From positions 1 through 45,598 of the forward strand of contig DAOTYT010000072.1 of NCBI GenBank assembly GCA_034434615.1: 45,598 bases of DNA, written 5' to 3'. Each line of letters starts with the position of its first letter. The first letter of the stretch is position 1. The translations under genes and the position numbers were made by a program. Origin of the DNA: Anaerolineae bacterium. GTDB taxonomy: Bacteria; Chloroflexota; Anaerolineae; Aggregatilineales; Phototrophicaceae. The notes under the pieces are model-generated. The model did no database searches and was not told the origin of the DNA. It saw nothing but the letters and a program-made list of their open reading frames with translations. This document shows, piece after piece, positions 27,813 to 37,213 of the stretch.

Positions 27813-28973
27813 CTACGGGGTGATCGTCACAGTCGCTTGGCTGGTGGAAGTTTCTCCAGCAGCGTTGCGCGCGGTCAGCACGTAGGTGACCGTGCCCGTC
27901 GCGCCAGCCGGCAGCGGCACCGAGACCGATCCTGACAGCGGAAGCTGCACATACGTCAGCCCGCCCACGCCAGTCGACAGGACTTCGGAGATCTGCACGG
28001 TCGTCGCATCGGCGACGCTCCACGTCAGCGTCACGTTGCCTCCCACCGGGACGCTGGACGGCGAGACGTTGAAGGTATTGATCTGCGGGCCGGTTGGCGA
28101 GATCTCGACGGCGGGCGGCGTCTCTGGCTCTGCCGGCGCTTCTTCCGCTTCTTCATCGGGCGCTGCTTCCGGCGGCAGCAGCGTCATGGTTGGGGTTGCC
28201 GCAAGGGTCGGTGCAGGGGTGGGCAGGTTAAGCGGCGCGCCCGACAGCGGGATCAGCAGTTCGGCCGTATCGAAAATGGTGCCATCCAGCGCGCTGATCA
28301 CCGTCAAGCGTAACCGCACAACCGCCTCAGTCGTCGGCGTGACGGGTTGAACAGCGCCACGACCCTCTGAAGCTACGTAGAGATTAGGCCGCGGCAGCTC
28401 AACGTTGACCGTCTGCCCAGGCGCCAGCACCTGTTCGAAGATCAAATTGGTGAAAGACAGCCGGTTGGCCACCTGCCACGAGACTTCGGCCGTGGCTGTG
28501 CGCGCATTAAGAGCGGCTGTATCGAGGTTTTGCGCCGTCGTCGTGAACGCGACGATCGACGGTTCAGCATCGGTCTCCTCGTAAGGGATGATGAGGAAGC
28601 GCTGGTCAACGACATTGCGACCGCTGATCAAAGTGAGCCGGAAAGTCGGCGGCCCAAAATTCAAGGGGTCAAGCAGGGTGACCGTGCGCTCGCCGATTGG
28701 CGGCAGCGCCTCGCCCTCGTTCAGCACGCTAACCCAACCCGACTGGCGGAAATAATCGAGCGCTAAGCTCTGGCCATCAACGACATTAACGATGTACCAG
28801 CTCAGGGTCACGTTTACATCGCCCGCCTCAACTTCGGCCAGCGTCACGGCATCCACATCAGCGGCAAAGCTGATGATCGCCGGGATGAAGGGGCCGGTCT
28901 GTGCCTGTGCTGCGCCGGCGATCCCGAGCAGCAGCAGCGAGAGCAGAAATACCCGTGCAAGCGCAGTTCTCAT
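27813..28973 (-). CDS. Secreted protein with about three Ig-like beta-sandwich domains and a Pro/Thr/Glu linker
   Basis: Signal peptide ...AAQA-Q; repeated I..F...VTLSW / AEVSW / VTLTW units; AAGGAG RBS. Confidence 0.8.
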   Translation of the reverse strand: MRTALARVFLLSLLLLGIAGAAQAQTGPFIPAIISFAADVDAVTLAEVEAGDVNVTLSWYIVNVVDGQSLALDYFRQSGWVSVLNEGEALPPIGERTVTLLDPLNFGPPTFRLTLISGRNVVDQRFLIIPYEETDAEPSIVAFTTTAQNLDTAALNARTATAEVSWQVANRLSFTNLIFEQVLAPGQTVNVELPRPNLYVASEGRGAVQPVTPTTEAVVRLRLTVISALDGTIFDTAELLIPLSGAPLNLPTPAPTLAATPTMTLLPPEAAPDEEAEEAPAEPETPPAVEISPTGPQINTFNVSPSSVPVGGNVTLTWSVADATTVQISEVLSTGVGGLTYVQLPLSGSVSVPLPAGATGTVTYVLTARNAAGETSTSQATVTITP

Positions 28974-29117
28974 ACAGCTAGCTCCTTAGCTGGTTAGCAA
29001 ACCTTACCTTAAAAATGATACAACGATCTCTTTGGGCCGCACAAATTTCATCGTTGAGGTTTGGGCGGCCGATCAATGAGCCTTTATGACCTTTTAAACT
29101 ATCTTGTGAACTAACTA

Positions 29118-29146
29118 TTGTCGAATGGGGAGCGGTTTGCTACAAT
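29118..29146 (+). promoter_or_regulatory. Sigma70 promoter of mutS2
   Basis: TTGTCG-N17-TACAAT with an extended TG. Confidence 0.65.
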
Positions 29147-29178
29147 GGCTGTGCACATTGAGATGAAAATTACCACGA

Positions 29179-31575
29179 ATGAACCCAAAAACCATTCACG
29201 TGCTTGAACTGCCGAAGATCCTTGAGCGGCTGGCCGGGTTCACCACCTTTTCTGCCGGCGCAGAGCTGGCGCGCGAGCTGTGGCCAACGACCGACCTCGA
29301 AGAGGCCGAGACGTGGCAGCGCGAGACGGCGGAGGCGCGCGCGCTGTTCGTCAACCAAGTGACCGTCTCGGTCGGTGGGGCGCGCGATGTGCGCGAGCCG
29401 GCGATCAACGCGCAGCGCGGCATCCTGATCGAACCGAACGTGCTGCTCGACATTCGGACGACGCTGCGGCGCGCTACCACACTTAAGCGGACTCTGGGAC
29501 GCATGAAAGGCCAGTGCCCGCTGCTGGCTGATCTGGTCAGCGAAGCAGAAGAGTGCACTGCCCTGCAAGATGAGATCGCCCGCGTGCTGGATGAGAACGG
29601 CGCGATCAAAGATACAGCCAGCGTGCAGCTCGCCGTGATCCGCCGCGATCTCAAGGCGGCTTTCGACCGGCTGCAAAGCAGGCTCCAGCGCATCATCAGC
29701 GCGTCGGCCAATCAGCCGCTGTTGCAGGAAACGCTGATCACCATGCGCAACGGCCGCTATGTCATCCCGCTTAAGGCCGAGCACAAGGGCAAGATCCCGG
29801 GCGTCGTTCACGATTCATCGTCGAGCGGGGCGACGCTGTTCATCGAACCGCTGGAGACGGTGGAGCTGAACAACCGCTGGCGCGAGCTTCAGCTTGACGA
29901 AGAGAAAGAGATCCGTCGCATCTTGCTGGCGCTGACCGATGAAGTGGGCCGCGTCTCTGAACAGATCGTGCGAACGGTCGAAGTGCTCGCCTATCTCGAT
30001 CTGGTGCTGGCCAAAGCTCGGTTCGCCGATAGTATGAAAGCCGTCGAGCCAGTGCTGCTGCCGTTCCAGCCGCGCCCACACAATCCCGCGCACCCGGGCA
30101 GTCTGATCGATTTGCAGGGGGCGCGCCATCCGCTCCTCACGGGCCATGTCGTGCCGATCGATGTGGAGTTCGATGAGGATACCTGGGTGCTGGTCGTGAC
30201 CGGCCCGAATACCGGCGGCAAAACCGTCGCGCTGAAGACCGTCGGTCTGCTAACGCTGATGGCCCAGTGCGGCCTGCACCTGCCAGCCGAGAGCGCCCGC
30301 CTGACGGTGTTCGAAGGCGTGTTCGCCGATATCGGCGACGAACAGAGCATCGAGCAGTCGCTGAGCACGTTCTCGTCGCACATGACGAATACGATCCACA
30401 TCCTGCGCGAGTGCACCAGCCGGTCGCTGGTGCTGCTCGATGAATTGGGGGCCGGCACCGATCCTGCGGAAGGATCGGCGCTGGCGCGGGCCATCCTGAC
30501 GCACCTGCTTGAGCGGCGCGTGACGACGATGGTCACCACCCATCACCCCGAGTTAAAGGTCTACAGCGTGGAGACGCCGGGTGTCCGCAATGCCAGCGTT
30601 GAGTTTGACCTGGAGACGCTGGCGCCCACCTATCGCCTGATCATCGGCCTGCCCGGCCGTTCGAACGCGCTGGCCATCGCTTCTCGCCTTGGCCTCAGCC
30701 AGGAGATCATCGCGCAGGCGCGCACGATGGTGGCGACGGAGGACCTGATTGCCGACGACCTGCTCGATGAAATTCACCGCACGCGCGATGACATCCGCCG
30801 CCAGCAGGCGGCCATCAGCGCCCTGCGCGAGGCGGTGGAACAGGAACGGGCTGAGCTGCAGGAACGCCTTAGTGCGGCCGAGGATGAGCGGCGCAATATC
30901 ATCGCCGCGGCTCGCCGCGAAACGCAGAACGAACTTGACCAGTTTCGCAAGGAGCTGCGTCGTCTGCGCAATGAAATGCGCGAGGCCGGCCTGCCGCTGG
31001 AAACGCTGCGCGCGCTCCAGCAGGCGGCCGATGGTTTGCAAGACTCGCTGCGCCAGCCGGTCGAGAATGCCGTCGATCTGCCTGAGAACGGCGGTTGGGT
31101 GCCGCGCCTGGGCGACTCGGTTTGGCTGGAGACGCTCAAAGCGGAAGGCACGATCATCGAACTGGATAAAAACGAGGCGGTCGTGCAGATCGGTTCGCTC
31201 AAGATCCGCGCGGGCCTGCACGATCTGAAGAAACCCTCTCGCGCCGAACGCAAGGCGATCAAACGCAAGTACGGCAGCAGCTACGAAGTGCAGCGCGAAG
31301 TGACCGTGCCGCGCGGCGAATCGCCAGGGCTGGAGCTGGACCTGCGCGGCGCGCGCGTCGAGGATGCGCTGCGCCGGCTGGAGGATTACGTCGATGCAGC
31401 TTATCTCTCTGGGCTGCCGTTTGCGCGCATCATCCATGGCAAAGGGACTGGCGCGCTGCGCAAGGCGGTGCAGGAAAGACTGCGCGAGCATGCGCTGATC
31501 TCAAAAGCGATCACCGCTCCGCCCAAGGAAGGTGGTGAAGGCGTGACGATTATCTACATGGTTCCGCCGGCTTGA
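29179..31575 (+). CDS. mutS2: Endonuclease MutS2 (Smr domain)
   Basis: HDSSSSGATLFIEP, GARHP, TGPNTGGKT, DIGDEQSIEQSLSTFSSHM, DELGAGTDP, coiled coil, KOW-like segment, Smr LDLRG...IIHGKGTG. Confidence 0.97.
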   Translation: MNPKTIHVLELPKILERLAGFTTFSAGAELARELWPTTDLEEAETWQRETAEARALFVNQVTVSVGGARDVREPAINAQRGILIEPNVLLDIRTTLRRATTLKRTLGRMKGQCPLLADLVSEAEECTALQDEIARVLDENGAIKDTASVQLAVIRRDLKAAFDRLQSRLQRIISASANQPLLQETLITMRNGRYVIPLKAEHKGKIPGVVHDSSSSGATLFIEPLETVELNNRWRELQLDEEKEIRRILLALTDEVGRVSEQIVRTVEVLAYLDLVLAKARFADSMKAVEPVLLPFQPRPHNPAHPGSLIDLQGARHPLLTGHVVPIDVEFDEDTWVLVVTGPNTGGKTVALKTVGLLTLMAQCGLHLPAESARLTVFEGVFADIGDEQSIEQSLSTFSSHMTNTIHILRECTSRSLVLLDELGAGTDPAEGSALARAILTHLLERRVTTMVTTHHPELKVYSVETPGVRNASVEFDLETLAPTYRLIIGLPGRSNALAIASRLGLSQEIIAQARTMVATEDLIADDLLDEIHRTRDDIRRQQAAISALREAVEQERAELQERLSAAEDERRNIIAAARRETQNELDQFRKELRRLRNEMREAGLPLETLRALQQAADGLQDSLRQPVENAVDLPENGGWVPRLGDSVWLETLKAEGTIIELDKNEAVVQIGSLKIRAGLHDLKKPSRAERKAIKRKYGSSYEVQREVTVPRGESPGLELDLRGARVEDALRRLEDYVDAAYLSGLPFARIIHGKGTGALRKAVQERLREHALISKAITAPPKEGGEGVTIIYMVPPA

Positions 31576-31608
31576 CCGGCATAGACGCCGCGAAGGGAGT
31601 TTGAATCG

Positions 31609-32223
31609 TTGGCCGAGACGACCTACGATGTCGACCAGGATCTGCGCGAAGCGGCCGCTATGGCCAAAGACCTCACTGCGTATGTGCAGGGACGAGAGCT
31701 GTATGGCCGTGTGGGCAAACTTGGGCTGTTTGGGGCGCGCAAAATGCCGGCATTGACGATCGGCGCGCTGCTGCTGCGCCTTGACCGGCTGCGCGCATTG
31801 AGCGATCAGCTCAGCGATGCTCAACGCCAGCAGCTCGCCGAGATCGAAGCGGCGCATGAACAAACGCGCCGCGAGTGGGCCGTGCACTATCACGAAAAGC
31901 TCCTTCACGAAGCGAAATCGCGCTTGAAGGCGATGGATGTTTTTTTTGAAGAATGCCACGAGCAGCCGCGCATCTGCGCCAACGCCTATCTGCCCGAAGT
32001 GCTGCGCCGCACGATCGTCGAAGCGATCTACGACGCGCTGGTGCGCACTAACCAGCCGAGCGAGGAGATCCGCCGGCTGATGCGCAAGGCGGACAGCGGC
32101 CTGCGCCAATATACTGAAACCTCCGATTTCGTCTGGGCTGAGGCGCTGCGCCCGCTTTACCCGCCAGAAAAGTATTGGTGGCTTTACCGGCGGCCACCGC
32201 GCCCCAACAGCAAGACCCGCTGA
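31609..32223 (+). CDS. Hypothetical helical protein
   Basis: TTG start with AAGGGAG RBS; fills the gap between mutS2 and thpR; typical codon usage. Confidence 0.8.
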   Translation: MAETTYDVDQDLREAAAMAKDLTAYVQGRELYGRVGKLGLFGARKMPALTIGALLLRLDRLRALSDQLSDAQRQQLAEIEAAHEQTRREWAVHYHEKLLHEAKSRLKAMDVFFEECHEQPRICANAYLPEVLRRTIVEAIYDALVRTNQPSEEIRRLMRKADSGLRQYTETSDFVWAEALRPLYPPEKYWWLYRRPPRPNSKTR

Positions 32224-32224
32224 T

Positions 32225-32788
32225 ATGCCGCCGACCTACCGCCTGTTCATCGCCATCGAGCTGCCCGAGCCGGTCAAAAATGCGCTGGCCGGCCTGCGCG
32301 CCGAGATTCCAGATGCGACCTGGGTGAAACCGCATGCTTACCATCTGACGCTGCGTTTCCTGGGCGATGACATCGATCAGGCGGGGTTAAGCCGCATTCA
32401 GACTGCCTTGAGCGCCGTGCGCGCCGAGCCGTTCGAGTTTTGGCTCGACGGGGTTGGGCGGTTTCCGATCAGCCCGAAGACATGGGCGCGCGTGCTGTGG
32501 GCCGGCGTGCAGGCGCCGCCGGCGCTGGGACAGTTGCAGCAGATGGTCGAGCGGGCAGCGGCGGCCAGCGGGTGGCCGCCCGTTCGGCAGACGTTTCACG
32601 CCCACATCACCCTAGCGCGCCTCAGATCGGCGCGGGGCGGGGCACAGATCGCCGCATTTTTAGAGGACAACCGCAACTTCCGCGCAGGGCCGGTTGCGGC
32701 CGAGGCATTTCATCTCATCGCCAGCACCCTGTCGCCGCAGGGGCCGACCTATGCGATCCAGAGCAGTTATCGGCTCGTGAAACGTTGA
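32225..32788 (+). CDS. thpR: RNA 2',3'-cyclic phosphodiesterase (2H family, LigT)
   Basis: RLFIAI, two HxT motifs (HLTLRFLG, HITLARL), ARVLWAG and GPTY. Confidence 0.93.
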   Translation: MPPTYRLFIAIELPEPVKNALAGLRAEIPDATWVKPHAYHLTLRFLGDDIDQAGLSRIQTALSAVRAEPFEFWLDGVGRFPISPKTWARVLWAGVQAPPALGQLQQMVERAAAASGWPPVRQTFHAHITLARLRSARGGAQIAAFLEDNRNFRAGPVAAEAFHLIASTLSPQGPTYAIQSSYRLVKR

Positions 32789-32852
32789 GGCCGTGCGCCG
32801 ATCATCGCGTGATAAGATAGCATTGGTGTAACGCATCCTATGGGGGCTGCCA

Positions 32853-34133
32853 ATGCTCGATGAGCTGATCGCACAGCTTGAGAGTTTTGATCCAGAACAA
32901 CGTCGGCGGGCGATCATCGCCCTTGGGCGGTCAGGCGACCTTGAAGCGCTGCCGCACTTGGCGCAGGTGTTTCGCACGGATCCCGATCCACAACTGCGCG
33001 AACTCGCCCGCCGGGCGGGCATTCACATTCGCGACCTGAATCAAGCGCGTGGGGGTGCGCCGGGCGCTACAAGCACAGGGGCACAGCAGCGCTCGGTCAT
33101 CCGCCCGCTGGCTGGCGCCGAAGCGCTGGCTGGACCAGACGCTCCCCCTCCCGCAACTGAGGAAGCAACTGAGGACCGGCGCGCCTATACCGGACCCGTG
33201 CGCGGCCGAGAGTACGAAGTCTCGCGCGAAGACCGCGAGCGCGCCAAGAGTTACCTTGAAGCTGCGCTGACGCTTAACATGCGAGGCGACAATGCGCGCG
33301 CCATGAAGTCGTTGGCCGCGGCGCTCAAACACAACCCTAACCTGATCAACGATGGCTATTTCAACAGCGTCGTCGCGACCGTGACCGGGCTGGAAGGCGA
33401 TGGCGCCATTCAGATGGTGCTCGACAGCACTCAGCGCCAAACCTTCATCAAAACCCAAAAGGAAAAAAAGAAGAATGAACGCGTCTCGCGCCATCTAGAC
33501 GAAGCGAGCCGATCGACATGGGAGTCGGTGTTGTTCGAATTGGTCCTCTATGCCTTGATCGTGGTGGTCGGTTCGGTGCTGCTGGTCCTCGTCGCTGTTG
33601 AGACCGCTATTGCGTTTGGGGGCAATATCTCCGGCGAGGCGGCATGGCTGGAAACGACGACTCCGGAGATCGTGGCGCTGCGCGGCGCGCTCGTCCCGTT
33701 GATGGCGATCGCAGCGGTCATCAGCGCCCTGTTTGGCATCGCTGGGCTGGTCATTCAGCTGGTGTTTGTGCACTATGCCGCAACGTTGATCTTAGGCGGC
33801 GTTGGCACGTTCCAGCACCTGCTGGGCACGGTGCTGGCGTTCTTCAACCGCACGCTGCCGTTCATCTTCATCCTGAGCTATGTGCTGCTGGCGTTCACGT
33901 TTATCTCCGCTGGGTCGCCGGTAGTCTTGTGTCTTTTCTTGCCGCTGATGCTGCTCAATTCTTGGGTGGCATTCAAAACCATTGATAAAATTGGTGAAGC
34001 CTATGATTTCGGCTTTGTACGAGGCTGTGGCGCTCTGCTGATCGGCAGCATGTTGATCGGCATCATCAACAGCGTCATCGCGGCTTTGTTGTCGCAGGTG
34101 GTGGCCGCTTTCATCACGCAGGCGCTCAGTTAA
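32853..34133 (+). CDS. HEAT + TPR-like + Yip1-like membrane-domain protein
   Basis: N-terminal RRRAIIALGRSGD.EALPHL, a central TPR-like helix pair and about five C-terminal TM helices. Confidence 0.8.
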   Translation: MLDELIAQLESFDPEQRRRAIIALGRSGDLEALPHLAQVFRTDPDPQLRELARRAGIHIRDLNQARGGAPGATSTGAQQRSVIRPLAGAEALAGPDAPPPATEEATEDRRAYTGPVRGREYEVSREDRERAKSYLEAALTLNMRGDNARAMKSLAAALKHNPNLINDGYFNSVVATVTGLEGDGAIQMVLDSTQRQTFIKTQKEKKKNERVSRHLDEASRSTWESVLFELVLYALIVVVGSVLLVLVAVETAIAFGGNISGEAAWLETTTPEIVALRGALVPLMAIAAVISALFGIAGLVIQLVFVHYAATLILGGVGTFQHLLGTVLAFFNRTLPFIFILSYVLLAFTFISAGSPVVLCLFLPLMLLNSWVAFKTIDKIGEAYDFGFVRGCGALLIGSMLIGIINSVIAALLSQVVAAFITQALS

Positions 34134-34182
34134 CTCGTGACACACATGATAGTGGCACGCACGATAAAGGACGATCGCACTC

Positions 34183-34749
34183 TTGACTCAACTTACGCCG
34201 TGGGAGCGGCTCCAGTCGGAGCCGCTCATCTCGAACCCGTACTTAACGCTGCGGCGGGATACCTGCCGCCTGCCCGATGGCCAAATCATCGATGATTATT
34301 ATGTACTGGTGGAGCGCGATGTCGCCTGTGTCGTCGCGCTGACGCCCGCCCGCGAGCTGCTGCTGGTAGAGCAGTATAAGCACGGCCTTGGGCGCATCTG
34401 CCTTGAGATTCCGGGCGGGGTTTTCGCCAGCGATGCGGCCGACCCGCTGGCGGAAGCGCGCCGCGAATTTAACGAAGAGACAGGCTATGACGCGCCGGCT
34501 TTCTTTCACGTGGGGACGCTCCCGGTCAGCCCAGCGCGGACGACCATCCGAATGCATCTGTATGCCGCGCTCGATGCAGTCCCCTGTGGAACCCAGCAGC
34601 TGGACAGCACCGAAAAAATTATTGTGCACCGCCTGCCGGTCGATACCGTGCTCGACCTGATCCGCAGCGGCGCCATCGATGTCTCCACGACCGTGAGCGG
34701 CATCTTCTTAGGACTGGACTACTTGCGGCGCGCAGGGCTGCTTTCATGA
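34183..34749 (+). CDS. NUDIX hydrolase (ADP-ribose pyrophosphatase-like)
   Basis: EQYKHG, EIPGG...ARREFNEETG Nudix box; TTG start. Confidence 0.9.
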   Translation: MTQLTPWERLQSEPLISNPYLTLRRDTCRLPDGQIIDDYYVLVERDVACVVALTPARELLLVEQYKHGLGRICLEIPGGVFASDAADPLAEARREFNEETGYDAPAFFHVGTLPVSPARTTIRMHLYAALDAVPCGTQQLDSTEKIIVHRLPVDTVLDLIRSGAIDVSTTVSGIFLGLDYLRRAGLLS

Positions 34750-35609
34750 TGCCGTGGTGGGCCAAACAGGCGCTGCTGGCGCTGGCTGGCGTGGGCAGCG
34801 CCGCCTATCTTTACGCCCGCGCCGTGGAACCGAACCAGCTGATCGTGCGCGAACATACGCTCGGCATGCCTTCGCTTGATCCGGCATTTGACGGATACCG
34901 CATCGCCCACCTCAGCGATCTGCACGTCAGCGGGCGAGCAGCCTTTGAGCGGTTTGACCGGGCTATCGCGCTGGTCAACGCCGCGGCCGTCGATCTGATC
35001 GTCATTACGGGAGATTTCGTCACTGCCAGCGCCAGTTTCGATGGCGCTGCGCTGGCAGGACGTCTACGCAGGCTGTGCGCTCGCGATGGGATCATGGCTG
35101 TGATGGGCAATCACGATCACCGGGCGCATGCAGCGGCGGTGCGGCGGGTGCTCGCCGAGAGCGGCTTGGTGCATCTGCCGAATGCCGTGCACACCCTGCG
35201 CCGCGGCGCAGCAGCGCTGCACATCGCCGGCCTTGACAGCGTCTATTTTCAACAGGGGCGCTTTGACGATTTACTGGCGGCCCTGCCGGCCGATGGCGCC
35301 GCGATCCTGCTGGCGCATGAACCCGATGTCGCCGACCTTGCCGCGGCGCTCTGCCGTTTTGATTTGCAGCTCTCTGGGCATGCGCATGGCGGGCAGGTGC
35401 GGATCCCCGTGCTCTATCGCATGGCGCTGCCTTTTCAGGGTAGTCGTTATGTGTCTGGGCTGTACTATGTCAAGACGATGATCGTCTATGTCAGCGCTGG
35501 TCTGGGCATGACGAGCCATCCCGTCCGCTTCAACTGCCCGCCTGAAGTCACGATCTTCACGCTGCTGGCGGGTAGCCGACCTGCCACTCCGTCAAACTTT
35601 ATGGAATGA
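34746..35609 (+). CDS. Calcineurin-like metallophosphoesterase (YkuE-like), membrane-anchored or exported
   Basis: SDLH, TGD, GNHD, AHEP and SGHAHGGQ motifs; ATGA overlap with the NUDIX gene. Confidence 0.92.
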   Translation: MMPWWAKQALLALAGVGSAAYLYARAVEPNQLIVREHTLGMPSLDPAFDGYRIAHLSDLHVSGRAAFERFDRAIALVNAAAVDLIVITGDFVTASASFDGAALAGRLRRLCARDGIMAVMGNHDHRAHAAAVRRVLAESGLVHLPNAVHTLRRGAAALHIAGLDSVYFQQGRFDDLLAALPADGAAILLAHEPDVADLAAALCRFDLQLSGHAHGGQVRIPVLYRMALPFQGSRYVSGLYYVKTMIVYVSAGLGMTSHPVRFNCPPEVTIFTLLAGSRPATPSNFME

Positions 35610-36765
35610 GCCCCAGTTCGCGCGCCTCATCATAGGACAGCGGGCCGCCGCGGCGCATCTCGCTGGCGATCTGGGCCAGTTCATCCGGGTCGAACAGCGA
35701 GTCGGCCGCGCTGATGTCAACCGATCCGAGCTTGTTCTCGTCGAACAAGCTTGGATCGAGGTTCTCAATCGGATCCAGCTTCAGCGGCTGCGCTGGTTCG
35801 GGTAGATTCAGTTTGTCCCACTGCTCGATGAGCGCGGGTTCCAGTGGCTGCGGTTCGGTGGGCTTTTGGCGTGCGCGCGGCGTTCGTCGAGGTTCAGCTG
35901 GTGGCGCTGGCGGTTCAATCATGAACGCGCCCGCGCCGATCAACGCGATCAGATCTTCGGCGGCCCGGCGGCCATAGCGGTTAACGGCGCCGAGCTGACG
36001 ACCGCCGACCTGTCCGTCGAACACCAGCGAGAGGGTATGGTGGTACCCGGCCGAGAGCACGAAGATATCGTAGGTTTCACCATCGAAGGCATAGAGGGCT
36101 GAGGGCCGCCCGCCGACCAATTCGCGCATGTGGATCGTCGTGTGCAGGGCCGGCAGCAGCGTGCTGATGAGCCGTTCACGGTCGATATAGCCGACAGCCC
36201 CGCGTTCGAGCAGCAGCTCCCCGCTGCGATTCGAGATGACGACCGCCATCGCGCCGACATCCGTCAGTAGCGCATCGATAATGCGCTGCGCGGCGCTGAG
36301 ATCGAGCGGCGGGATGGTTCCTAATGGGCCGTTCGTTTCGAGCGGCGCGGCGACGACCGGGAACATGGCGGTGCGCGGGTCGCGCCCGTCAAGGCCTGCC
36401 CCGATCACGCGCATGAACTGCGATGGATCAACCGGGCGGCGCAGGTAAACAAACGGCGACTCGCTGCGGGTTTCGTCGTCAAGTTCAACTGCGTCACGCT
36501 CATCGCCCAGAATGACGATCGCGGCATTGGGCTGCGCCAAACGGATGCGCAGCGCCAGCTCGAAGCCCTTGATCGAGGCGCCGATGTTCAAGGCCGAAAC
36601 GATCAGGTGGCAAGTGCCGCGGCCAACTTCCTCCAGCGCTTCGACGCCGCCCGGCACGTCGATTTGAATCGCCGGCCGGTCGAGCAGTTCAAGCGCAGCC
36701 CGCACAAGACGGGCCACTGTACCTGTCGGGTCCACCGTGAGAATGCGCGGCAGAGGAGCCATCAT
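35599..36765 (-). CDS. Pseudo-receiver + roadblock/LC7 (MglB-like) domain protein
   Basis: Receiver-like N-terminus (ILTVD...GVEALE...LIVSALN...GFELA...IVILG...YLRRP) and a roadblock-like middle region (LLTDVGAMAVVISNRSGELL...LGAVNRYGRRAAEDL). Start chosen 7 nt after TATGAT. Confidence 0.8.
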   Translation of the reverse strand: MMAPLPRILTVDPTGTVARLVRAALELLDRPAIQIDVPGGVEALEEVGRGTCHLIVSALNIGASIKGFELALRIRLAQPNAAIVILGDERDAVELDDETRSESPFVYLRRPVDPSQFMRVIGAGLDGRDPRTAMFPVVAAPLETNGPLGTIPPLDLSAAQRIIDALLTDVGAMAVVISNRSGELLLERGAVGYIDRERLISTLLPALHTTIHMRELVGGRPSALYAFDGETYDIFVLSAGYHHTLSLVFDGQVGGRQLGAVNRYGRRAAEDLIALIGAGAFMIEPPAPPAEPRRTPRARQKPTEPQPLEPALIEQWDKLNLPEPAQPLKLDPIENLDPSLFDENKLGSVDISAADSLFDPDELAQIASEMRRGGPLSYDEARELGLIP

Positions 36766-36895
36766 TCCATCCATCATACATACTAAGTGCTGTAAACAAC
36801 ACTTACAGTATATCCGTAAATGAAGCGTAAATCTGCCACGAATCATTAACGGTCGTGATGAAATTTTGCGCTGCTGGTCGTGTTCGCGCTGGCGG

Positions 36896-37213
36896 TCAAA
36901 CAGTCAGCGTTTGGCGCATCATGCGCAGATCGTAGCGCGGGTATAGAAGCCAGGCATTGGCCCGATGAAAGCAGCGGTCGTCGACGATCAAAGCGGTTAG
37001 CCGGACGCACACGGCGCAGACTAAGGCAGCGAGGGCGGCGCTCGCCGGGCGGGCGGGGGAGAGAGAAGCGCTCTGCTGGTGCGCGGCGGCGCAGCTCGCA
37101 GCTTTCAGCAGCTTGGCGCGCACCACCGCTGTTCGCTCTGGACAGGGCGCCCTGGTCGTGCCCAGGGTGCGCACGAGCAAAACGTCTAGGGCTTTATCCG
37201 GCAGCGCTGGCAT
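36896..37213 (-). CDS. Small Cys-rich protein, candidate anti-sigma factor
   Basis: 105-aa ORF (MPALPDKALDVLL...CAVC...) whose ATG overlaps the last 20 nt of the ECF sigma gene; fills an otherwise empty gap. Confidence 0.55.
   Translation of the reverse strand: MPALPDKALDVLLVRTLGTTRAPCPERTAVVRAKLLKAASCAAAHQQSASLSPARPASAALAALVCAVCVRLTALIVDDRCFHRANAWLLYPRYDLRMMRQTLTV

Noticed and set aside
29100..29178. SOS box or Rex site upstream of mutS2
   Set aside because: GAAC and TTGTGAA half-sites lack matching second halves.
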